Both the position numbers and the translations under genes were made by a program. Below are positions 30,801 through 42,500 of a stretch of 64,000 nt of DNA, piece by piece. The notes beneath the pieces are model-generated. The model made no database searches. It was not told the DNA's origin and was given only the letters and a program-made list of their open reading frames with translations. This stretch comes from the human T2T-CHM13v2.0 reference genome, Homo sapiens. The stretch lies in NCBI RefSeq assembly GCF_009914755.1, contig NC_060933.1, one strand, 5' to 3'. Position 1 is the stretch's first letter. Each line of letters starts with the position of its first letter.

Positions 30801-33800
30801 GTTCCGTTCCATTCCATTCCATTCCATTCTATTCGGTTTAATTCCATTCCATTCCAGTCCATTCCATTCCATTCCATTCTATTCCATTCCATTGCAATCG
30901 AGTTGAGTCCATTGCATTCCATTCCATTCCATTCCATTCCATTCCGGAAGATTCCATTACATTGCATTCCATTCCTTTCCATTCCATTCCATTCCATTCC
31001 ATTCCATTCCATTCCATTGTACTCGGGTTGATTCCATTCCATTGCATTCCATTCCATTCCATTCCATTCCATTCCATTCCATTCCATTCCATTCCGTTCC
31101 ATTCCATTCCATTACATTCGGATTGATTCTTTTCAACTCCCTTACTCTCCATTACATTCCATTCCATTCGGGTTGTTCCATTGAATTCCATTCCATTCCA
31201 CTCCATTGCATTGCACTCGGGTTAATTCCATTCCATTCCATTCCATTCCATTCTGGATGATTCCATTCCATTGCATTCCGTTCCATTACATTCCCCTGCA
31301 CTCGGGTTGATTCCATTCCATTCCATTCCATTCCATTCGATTCCATTCCATTCCCCTGCACTCGCGTTGATTCCATTCCATTCCATTCCATTCCATTCCA
31401 TTCCATTCCATTCCTTTCCATTCGAGTCTTTTCCATTCCATTCCACTCGGGTTGATTCCATTCTATTAGTTTCCATTCCATTCCATTCCCTTCCATTCCA
31501 CTCTGGTTGATTCCATTCCTTTCCATTCCACTCGAATACATTCCCTCTTATTCCAGTCGGAACGATTCCATTCCATTCCATTCCATTCCATTTCGTTCCA
31601 TTCCATTCTATTCCGTATCATTCCATTCCATTCCATTCCATTCCATTCCATTCCATTGTACTCGGGTTGATTCCATTCCATTGCATTCCATTCCATTCCA
31701 TTCCATTCCATTCCATTCCGTTGCATTCCATTCCTTTACATTCGGATTGATTCTATTCAATTCCCTTACACTCCATTACATTCCATTCCATTCGGGTAGT
31801 TTCCATTCCATTCCATTCCATTCCTCTCCATTCCATTGCACTCGGGTTGATTCGATTCCATTGCATTCCATTCCATTCCGTTCCATTCCATTCCGTTCCA
31901 TTCCATTCGATTACATTCGGATTGATTCTATTCAACTCCCTTACTCTCCATTACATTCCATTCCATTCGGGTTGTTCCATTCCATTCCATTCCATTCCAC
32001 TCCATTCCATTGCACTCGTGTTGATTCCATTCCATTCCATTCCATTCCATTCCATTCCGGAAGATTCCATTCCATTGCATTCCATTCCATTCCATTCCCC
32101 TGCACTCGCGTTGATTCCATTCCATTCCGTTCTATTCCATTCCATTCCCTTCCTTTCCGTTCCATTCCATTCCATTCCATTCCATTCCGTTCTGTTCCAT
32201 TCCATTCCATTGCATTCTATTCGGGTTAATTCCATTCCATTCCATTCGATTGCAATCGAGTTGATTCCATTCCATTCCATTCCATTCCATTCCATTCCAT
32301 TCCATTCCTTTCCATTCCATTACGGATGATTCCATTCCATTGCATTCCATTCCATTCCATTCTCCTGTACTCGGGTTGATTCCATTCCATTCCATTCCAA
32401 TCCATGCCATTCCACTCGTGTTGATTCCATTCTTTCCATTCCATTCAAGTTGAATCCATTCCATTGCATTCCATTCCATTCGATTCCATTCGATTGCACT
32501 CGGGTTGATTCCATTCCATTGCATTCCATTCCATTCCATTCCATTCCATTCCATTCCATTCCATTCCGTTCCATTCCATTCCATTACATTTGGATTGATT
32601 CTATTCAATTCCCTTACACTCCATTACATTCCATTCCATTTGGATTGATTCTATTCAATTCCCTTACACTCCATTACATTCCATTCCATTCGGGTAGTTT
32701 CCATTCCATTCCATTCCATTCCTCTCTATTCCATTGAACTCGGGTTGATTCCATTCCATTGCATTCCATTCCATTCCATTCAATTCCATTCCGTTCCATT
32801 CCATTCCATTACATTCGGATTTATTCTATTCAACTCCCTTACTCTCCATTACTTTCCATTCCATTCGGGTTTTTCCATTCCATTCCATTCCATTCCACTC
32901 CATTCCATTGCACTCGGGTTTATTCCATTCCATTCCATTCCATTCCGGAAGATTCCATTCCATTGCATTCCATTCCATTCCATTCCCCTGCACTCGCGTT
33001 GATTCCATTCCATTCCATTCCATTCCATTCCATTCCATTCCATTCCATTCCATTCTTTTCCGTTCCATTCCATTCCATTCCATTCCATTCCAATGCATTC
33101 CATTCCGTTCCGTTGCGTTCCATTCCATTCCATTCCATTCTATTCGGGTTAATTCCATTCCATTCCATTCGATTGCAATCGAGTTGATTCCATTCCATTC
33201 CATTCCATTCCATTCCTTTCCATTCCATTACGGATGATTCCATTCCATTGCATTCCATTCCATTCCATTCCCCTGTACTCGGGTTGATTCCATTCCATTC
33301 CATTCCAATCCATGCCATTCCACTCGTGTTGATTCCATTCTTTCCATTCCATTCAAGTTGAATCCATTCCATTGCATTCCATTCCATTCCATTCCCCTGC
33401 AGTCGGGTTGTTTCCATTCCATTCCATTCCATTCCATTCCATTCCATTCCATTCCGGATGATTCCATTCCATTGCATTCCGTTCCATTATATTCCCCTGC
33501 ACTCGCGTTGATTCCATTCCATTCCATTACTTTCCATTCAATTCCATTCCATTACAATTCGTTCCAATCCATTCTATTCCGTACCATTCCATTCCATTAC
33601 ATACCATTCCATTCCATTCCATTCCATTCCATTCCATTCCATTCCATTCCGTTCCATTCCGTTCCATTCCATTCAATTCCATTCTATTCGGGTTAATCCC
33701 ATTCCATTCCATTCCATTCCATTCTATTCCATTCCATTGCAACCTAGTTGAATCCATTGCATTTCATTCCATTCCATTGCATTCCATTCCGGAAGATTCC

Positions 33801-34999
33801 ATTCCATTGCATTCCATTCCATGCCATTCCCCTGCACTCGCGTTGATTCCATTCCATTCCATTCCATTCCATTCCATTCCATTCCATTCCATTCCGTTCC
33901 GTTCCGTTCCGTTCCATTCCATTCCGTTCCGTTCCGTTCCGTTCCGTTCCGTTCCGTTCCATTCCATTCCATTCCATTCCATTCCGGTCCGTTCCATTCC
34001 ATTCCATTCCATTCCATTCCATTCCATTCCATTCCTTTCCATTCCATTACGGATGATTCCATTCCATTGCATTCCATTCCATTCCATTCCCCTGTACTCG
34101 GGTTGATTCCATTCGATTGCATTCCAATCCATGCCCTTCCACTCGTGTTGATTCCATTCTTTCCATTCCATTCAAGTTGAATCCATTCCATTGCATTCCA
34201 TTCCATTCGATTCCATTCGATTGCACTCGGGTTGATTCCATTCCATTGCATTCCATTCCATTCCATTCCATTCCATTCCATTCCATTCTGTTCCTTTCCA
34301 TTCTATTACATTCGGATTGATTCTATTCAATTCCCTTACACTCCATTAAGTTCCATTCCATTCGGGTAGTTTCCATTCCATTCCATTCCATTCCTCTCCA
34401 TTCCATTGCACTCGGGTTGATTCCATTCCATTGCATTCCATTCCATTCCATTCAATTCCATTCCGTTCCACTCCATTCCATTACATTCGGATTGATTCTA
34501 TTCAACTCCCTTAGTCCCCATTACATTTCATTCCATTCGGGTTGTTCCATTCCATTCCATTCCATTCCACTCCATTCCATTGCACTGGGGTTTATTCCAT
34601 TCCATTCTATTCCATTCCATTCCATTCCATTCCATTCCGGAAGATTCCATTCCATTGCATTCCATTCCATTCCATTCCCCTGCACTCGCGTTGATTCCAT
34701 TCCATTCCATTCCATTCCATTCCATTCCTTTCGTTTCCATTCCATTCCATTCCTTTCCATTCCATTCCATTCCGTTCCGTTCCGTTCCGTTCCATTCCAT
34801 TCCATTCCATTCTATTCGGGTTAATTCCATTCCATTCCATTCGATTGCAATCGAGTCGATTCCATTCCATTCCATTCCATTCCATTCCATTCCATTCCTT
34901 TCCATTCCATTATGGATGATTCCATTCCATTGCATTCCATTCCATTCCATTCCCCTGTACTCGGGTTGATTCCATTCCATTCCATTCCGTTCCATTCCA

Positions 35000-37860
35000 T
35001 TCCATTCCATTCCATTCCCTTCCACGCCATTCCACTCGGGTTGATTCCATTCCTTTCCATTCCATTCGAGTTGAATCCATTCCATTCCATTCTATTCCAT
35101 TCGATTCCATTCCATTGCTCACGTGTTCATTCCATTCCATTCCATTCCATTCCATTCCATTTCGTTCCATTCCATTGTCTTCCGTAGTATTCCATTCCAT
35201 TCCATTCCACTCCATTCCATGCCATTCCACTCGGGTTTATTCCATTCCTTTCCATTCCATTCGGGTTGAATTCATTCCATTCCATTCCATTCCATTCCAT
35301 TCAATTCCATTACATTGCACTCGGGTTGATTCCATTCCATTCCATTCCATTTCAATCCATTCCCTTCCATTCCATTTCATTCCATTCCATTCCATTCCAT
35401 TCCATCCCATTTCATTCCATTCCATTCCATGCCATTCCACTCGGGTTGATTCCATTCCTTTCCATTCCATTCTAGTTGAACCCATTCCATTCCATTCCAT
35501 TCCATTCCATTCCATTGCACACGGAATGGAATGGAATGGAAACAACCCGAATGGAATGGAATGGAATGGAGTGTAAGGGAATTGAATACAATCAATCCGA
35601 ATGTAATGGAATGGAATGGAACGGAATGAAATGGAATGGCATAGAATGGAATGGAATCAACCCGAGCGCAATGGAATGGAATGGAATGGAATGGAATGGA
35701 TTCAACCCGAATGGAATGGAAAGGAATGGAATAAACCCGAGTGAAATGGCATGGAAGGGAATGGAATGGAATGGAATGGTACGGAGTAGAATGGAATGGA
35801 ACGAAATGGAATGGAATGGAATGGAATGGAATGGAATGTTCCCGTGAGCAACGGAATGGAATGGAATGGAATGGAATGGAAGGGAATGGAATGGGTTCAA
35901 TTCGAATGGAATGGAAAGGAATGGAATCAACCGGAGTGCAATGGCATGGAATGGAATGGAATGGAATGGAATGGAATGGAATGGAATGGATTCAACACGA
36001 ATGGAATGGAAAGGAATGGAATAAACCCGAGTGGAATGGCATGGAATGGAGTGGAATGGAATGGAATGGAATGGAATGGAATGGAATGGAATTAAACCTA
36101 ATAGAATGGAATGGAATGGAATGGAATGGAATGGAAGGGAATGGAATGGAATGGAATGGAATGGAATGGAATGGAATTAACACGAATAGAATGGAATGGA
36201 ATGCAATGGAATGGAATGGAATGGAATCAACTCGATTTCAATGGAATGGAATGGAATGGAATGGAATGGAATGGAAGGGAATGGAATGAAATTAACCGGA
36301 ATAGAATGGAATGGAATGGAATGGAATGGAATGGAATGGAATGGAATAGAATGGAATCCAACCGAGTGCAGTGGAATGGAATGGAATGGAATGCAATGGA
36401 ATGGAATCATACGGAATGGAATGGAATGGAATGGAATGAAATGGAATGGAATGCAATGGAATGGAATGGAATAAACCCGAGTGGAATGGCATGGAATGGA
36501 GTGGAATGGAATTGAATGGAAGGGAATGGTACGGAATAGAATGGAATGGAACGAAATGCAATGGAATGGAATGGAATGGAATGGAATGAACCCGTGTGCA
36601 ATTGAATGGAATCGAATGGAATGGAATGCAATGGAATGGATTCAACTAGAATGGAATGGAAAGGAATGGAATCAACCCGAGTGGAATGGCATGGCATGGA
36701 ATGGAATGGAATGGAATGGAAAGGAATGGTATGGAATAGAATGGAATGGAACGAAATGGAATGGAATGGAATGGAATGCAATGGAATGGAATGGAATAGA
36801 ATGGAATCCACCCGATTGCAGGGGAATGGAATGGAATGGAATGGAATGGAATGGAATGGAATGGAATGGATTCAACCCGAATGGAATGGAAAGGAATGGA
36901 ATCAACCCGAGTGGATTGGCATGGAATGGAATGGAATGGAATGGAATGGTAGGGAATAGAATGGAATGGAACGAAATGGAATGGAATGGAATGGAATGGA
37001 ATGGAATGGAATGGAATCAACCTGAGTGCAATGGAATGGAGTGGAAGGGAATGTAATGGAACGGAAACAACACGAATGGAATGGAATGTAATGGAGTGTA
37101 ACGGAATTGAATACAATCAATCCGAATGTAATGGAATGGAATGGAACGGAATGGAATGGAATGCAATGGAATGGAAAAGAATGGAATGGAATGAAATGGA
37201 ATGGCAGGGAATGGAATGGAATCAACCCGAGTGCAATGGAATGGAATAGAATGGAATGGAATGGAATGGAATGGATTCAACCCGAATGGAAGGGAAAGGA
37301 ATGGAATAAACCCGAGTGGAATGGCATGGAATGGAATGGAATGGAATGGAATGGTACGGAATAGAATGGAATGGAACGAAATGGAATGGAATGGAATGGA
37401 ATGGAATGGAATGGAATGGAATGGAATGGAATGGAATCAACCTGAGTGCAATGGAATGGAATGGAATGGAATGGAATGGAATAGAATGGAAACAACCCGA
37501 ATGGAATGGAATGGAATGGAGTGTAAGGAATTGAATACAATCAATCCGAATGTAATGGAATGGAATGGAACAGAATGGAATGGAATGGAATACAGTGGAA
37601 TGGATTCAAACCTAGTGCAATGGAATGGAATGGAATGGAATGGAATGGAATGGAATGGATTGGATTCAAAACAAATGGAATGGAAAGCAATAGAATCAAC
37701 CCGAGTGGAATGGCATGGAATGGAATGGAATGGAATGGAATGGAATGGTACGGAATAGAATGCAATGGAACGAAATGGAATGGAATGGAATGGAATGGAA
37801 CGGAATGGAATGGAATCAACTCGATTGCAATGGAATGTAATGGAATGCAATGGAATTAAC
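35000..37860. repeat. Diverged HSat3 sub-layer surrounding the breakpoint
   Basis: Dominated by a TTCAACCCGAATGGAATGGAAAGGAATGGAAT(A/C)AACCCGAGTGGAATGGCATGG-type module, many private substitutions, and lacking the CATCCGG/CTTCCGG and CGCGAGTGCAGGGG modules common in the flanks. Confidence 0.7.
35500..35541. other. Inversion breakpoint (strand switch) within the satellite, with 17-bp perfect inverted repeat
   Basis: ...tccattccattgcac|acggaatggaatgg...; 35500-35516 is the reverse complement of 35525-35541, loop GCACACGG (35517-35524). Confidence 0.97.
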
Positions 37861-39376
37861 GCGAATAGAATGGAACGGAATGGAATGGAACGGAATGGAA
37901 TGGAATGGGATGGAATGGAATCAATCTGAGTGCAGGGGAATGGAATGGAATGGAATGCAATGGAATGGAATGTAATGGAATGGAATGCAATGGAATGGAA
38001 TGGAATGGAATGGAATGCAATGGAATCAACTCGATTGCAATGGGATGGAATGGAATGGAATGGAATGGAATGGAAGGGAATGGAATGGAATGGAATTAAC
38101 CTGAACAGAATGGAATGGAATGGAATGCAACGGAATGGAATGGAATGGAATGGAATCAACCCGATTGCAATGGAATGGAGTGGAATGGAGTGGAATGGAA
38201 TGGAATCAACCCGAGTGCAGGGGAATGGAATGGAATGGAATGCAATGGAATGGAATCATCCGGAATGGAATGGAATGGAATGGAATGCAAAGCAATTTAA
38301 TCAACTCGATTGCAATGGAATGGAATGGAATGGAAAGGAATACATTGGAATCAACCCGAGTGGAATGGAATGGAAAGGACTGGAATGGAGTGGAATGGAA
38401 TGGAATGGAATGGAATGGAATCAACTCGATTGGAATGGAATGGAATGGAATGGAATGGAATGGAATGGAATTAACCCGAATAGAATGGAATGGAATGGAA
38501 TGGAACGGAATGGAATGGAATGGAATGGAATGGAATGGAATCAACCCGACTGCAGGGGAATGGAATGGAATGGAATGCAATGGAATGGATTCAACTTGAA
38601 TGGAATTGAAAGAATGGAATCAACACGAGTGGAATGGCATGGATTGGAATGGAATTGAATGGAATCAACCCGAGTACAGGGGAATGGAATGGAATGAAAT
38701 GCAATGGAATGGAATCATCCGTAATGGAATGGAAAGGAATGCAATGGAATGGAATGGAATGGAATGGAATGGAATCAACTCGATTGCAGTCGAATGGAAT
38801 GGAATGGAATTAACCCGAATAGAATGGAATGGAATGGAATGGAACGGAACGGAATGGAATGGAATGGAATGGAATGGAACGGAAAGGAAGGGAATGGAAT
38901 GGAATAGAATGGAATGGAATGGAATCAACGCGAGTGCAGGGGAATGGAATGGAATGGAATGCAATGGAATGGAATCTTCCTGAAAGGAATGGAATGGAAT
39001 GGAATGCAATGGAATGGAATCAACCCGAGTGCAATGGAATGGAGTGGAATGGAATGGAATGGAATGGAACAACCCGAATGGAATGGAATGTAATGGAGAG
39101 TAAGGGAGTTGAATAGAATCAATCCGAATGGAATGGAATGGAATGGAACGGAATGGAATTGAATGGAATGGAATGGAATGCAATGGAATGGAATCAACCC
39201 GAGTGCAATGGAATGGAGAGGAATGGAATGGAATGGAATGGAAACTACCCGAATGGAATGGAATGTAATGGAGTGTAAGGGAATTGAATAGAATCAATCC
39301 GAATGTAATGGAATGGAATGGAACGGAATGGAATGGAATGGAATGGAATGGAATGGAATGGAATGCAATGGAATGG

Positions 39377-39530
39377 AATCAACCCGAGTGCAATCGAATG
39401 GAATCGAATAGAATGGAATGCAATGGAATGGATTCAACTTGAATGGAATGGAAAGAATGGAATCAACACGAGTGGAATGGCATGGATTGGAATGGAATGG
39501 AATGGAATCAACCCGAGTACAGGGGAATGG
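39377..39530 (+). repeat. pHuR98-like (chr9 Sat III) module
   Basis: AATCAACCCGAGTGCAATCGAATGGAATCG...TTCAACTTGAATGGAATGGAAAGAATGGAATCAACACGAGTGG...CCGAGTACAGG matches my recollection of the pHuR98 Sat III primer/clone; further copies near 44799 and 60839 and reverse-complement copies near 90-240, 18100-18240, 21340-21485, 34095-34235. Not database-verified. Confidence 0.55.
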
Positions 39531-42500
39531 AATGGAATGGAATGCAATGGAATGGAATCATCCGTAATGGAATGGAAAGGAATGGAATGGAATGGAATGG
39601 AATGGAATGGAATGGAATGGAATGGAATCAACACGATTGCAATCGAATGGAATGGAATGGAATTAACCAAAATAGAATGGAATGGAATGGAATGGAACAG
39701 AACGGAATGAAATGGAATGGAATGGAATGGAATGGAACGGAACGGAATGGAATGGAATGGAATGGAATGGAATCAACGCGAGTGCAGGGGAATGGAATGG
39801 AATGGAATGCAATGGAATGGAATCTTCCGGAATGGAATGGAATGGAATGGAATGGAATGAAATGCAATGGATTCAACTCGATTGCAATGGAATGGAATAG
39901 AATGGAATGGAATGGAATGGAATGGAATTAATCCGAATAGAATGGAATGGAATGGAATGGAACGGAATGGAAAGGAATGGAATGGAATGGAATGGAATGG
40001 AATGGAATGGAATAGAATGGAATGGAATGTATGGAATAGAATGGAATGGTACGGAACAGAATGGAATGGAACGAATTGTAATGGAATGGAATTGAATGGA
40101 ATGGAATGGAATGGAATGGAATCAACGCGAGTGCAGGGGAATGTAATGGAATGGAATGCAATGGAATGGAATCATCCGGAATGGAATGGAGTGGAATGGA
40201 ATGGAATGGAAAGGAATCAACCCGAGTGCAATGGAATGGAGTGGAATGGAAGGGAATGGAATGGAACAACCCGAATGGAATGGAATGTAATGGAGAGTAA
40301 GGGAGTTGAATAGAATCAATCCGAATGTAATGGAATGGAATGCAACGGAATGGAATGGAATGGAATGGAATGCAATTGAATGGAATGGAATGATACGGAA
40401 TAGAATGGAATGGAACGAAATGGAATGGAATGGAATGGAATAGAATGGAATGGAACGAAATGGAATGGAATGGAATGGAATGGAATGGAATGGAATGGAA
40501 TGGAATCGTTCCGAATGGATAGGAGGGAATGTATTCGAGTGGAATGGAAAGGAATGGAATCAACCAGAGTGGAATGGAAGGGAATGGAATGGAATGGAAA
40601 CTAATAGAATGGAATCAACCCGAGTGGAATGGGATGGAAAGGACTGGAATGGAATGGAATGGAATGGAATCAACTCGATTGTAATGGAATGGAATGGAAT
40701 GGAATGGAATGGAATGGAATGGAATGGAATTAACCCGAATACAATGCAATGGAATGGAAAGGAACGGAATGGAGTGGAATGGAATGGAATCAACCCGAGT
40801 GCAGGGGAATGGAATGGAATGGAATGCAATGGAAAGGAATCATCCGGAATGGAATGGAATGGAATGGAAAGGAATACATTGGAATCAACCCGAGTGGAAA
40901 GGAATGGAAAGGACTGGAATGGAGTGGAATGGAATGGAATGGAATGGAATGGAATGGAAAGGAATCAACTTGATTGGAATGCAATGGAATGGAATGGAAT
41001 GGAATTAACCCGAATAGAAAGGAATGGAATGGAATGGAACGGAACGGAACGGAATGGAATGGAATGGAATGGAATGGAATGGAATGGAATCAACCCGACT
41101 GCAGGGGAATGGAATGGAATGGAATGCAATGGAATGGATTCAACTTGAATGGAATGGAAAGAATGGAATCAACACGAGTGGAATGGCATGGATTGGAATG
41201 GAATGGAATGGAATCAACCCGAGTACAGTGGAATGGAATGGAATGGAATGCAATGGAATGGAATCATCCGTAATGGAATGGAAAGGAATGGAATGGAATG
41301 GAATGGAATGGAATCAACTCGATTGAAATCGAATGGAATGGAAGGGAATTAAGCCGAATAGAATGGAATGGAATGGAATGGAACGGAACGGAACGGAACG
41401 GAACGGAATGGAATGGAATGGAATGGAATGGAACGGAGAGGAATGGAATGGAATGGAATGGAATGGAATCAACGCGAGTGCAGGGGAATGGAATGGAATG
41501 GAATGCAATGGAATGGAATCTTCCGGAATGGAATGGAATGGAATGGAATGGAATGGAATGGAATCAACTCGATTGCAATCGAATGGAATGGAATGGAATT
41601 AACCCGAATAGAATGGAATGGAATGGAATGGAACGGAATGGAATGGAATGGAATGGAATGGAATGGTATGGAAAGGAACGGAAAGGAATGGAATGGAATG
41701 GAATGGAATGGTATGGAATGGAATGGAATCAACGCGAGTGCAGGGCAATGGAATGGAATCGAATTTAATGGAATGGAATGGAATGGAATCAACCCGAGTG
41801 CAGGGGAATGTAATGGAACTGAATGCAATGGAATGGAATCATCCGGAATGGAATGGAATGGAATGGAATGGAATCAACCCGAGTGCAATGGAATGGAGTG
41901 GAATGGAATGGAATGGAATGGAACAACCCGAATGGAATGGAATGTAATGGAGAGTAACGGAGTTGAAAAGAATCAATCCGAATGTAATTGAATGGAATGG
42001 AACGTAATGGAATGGAATTCAATGGAATGCAATGGAATGGATTCAACTTGAATGGAATGGAAAGAATGGAATAAACACGAGTGGAATGGCATGGATTGGA
42101 ATGGAATGGAATGGAATCAACCAGAGTACAGGGGAATGTATTGGAATGCAATGCAATGGAATGGAAGCATCCGTAATGGAATGGAAATGAATGGAATGGA
42201 ATGGAATGGAATGGAATGGAATGGAATGGAATGGAATGGAATGGAATCAACTCGATTGCAATCGAATGGAATGGAATGGAATTAACCTGAATAGAATGGA
42301 ATGGAATGGAATGGAACGGAACGGAATGGAATGGAATGGAATGGAATGGAACCGAACGGAACGGAATGGAATGGAATGGAATGGAATGGAATGGAATCAA
42401 CGCGAGTGCAGGGGAATGGAATGGAATGGAATGCAATGGAATGGAATCTTCCGGAATGGAATGGAATGGAATGGAATGCAATGGATTCAACATGATTGCA

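Larger units (their letters stand above)
624..34648. promoter_or_regulatory. Dispersed perfect heat-shock elements (TTCnnGAAnnTTC), left arm, ~23 sites
   Basis: First TTC at about 625, 775, 3456, 6278, 7737, 9141, 12676, 13679, 14788, 16125, 17781, 18629, 19269, 21030, 21868, 24934, 26264, 28706, 30942, 32055, 32943, 33787, 34635. Consensus match is seen directly; function is inferred. Confidence 0.6.
1..35520 (+). repeat. Human satellite III (HSat3B-type) array, C-rich (CATTC)n orientation
   Basis: Continuous ATTCC pentamers with interspersed ACTCGGGTTG / ATCGAGTTG / ACTCGCGTTG / ATTCGGGTTA motifs, the classical satellite 3 signature; no unique sequence. Strand given with CATTC as reference. 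Confidence 0.97.

Noticed and set aside
35505-35535. Heat-shock element created by the junction itself
   Set aside because: TTC (35510) and GAA (35524) are 14 bp apart, not a multiple of 5, so the inverted nGAAn register is not met.
35480-35560. Transposon insertion, target-site duplication or telomere-like fusion at the strand switch
   Set aside because: Every base is explained by satellite on one strand or the other; no poly-A, TTAGGG or foreign sequence.
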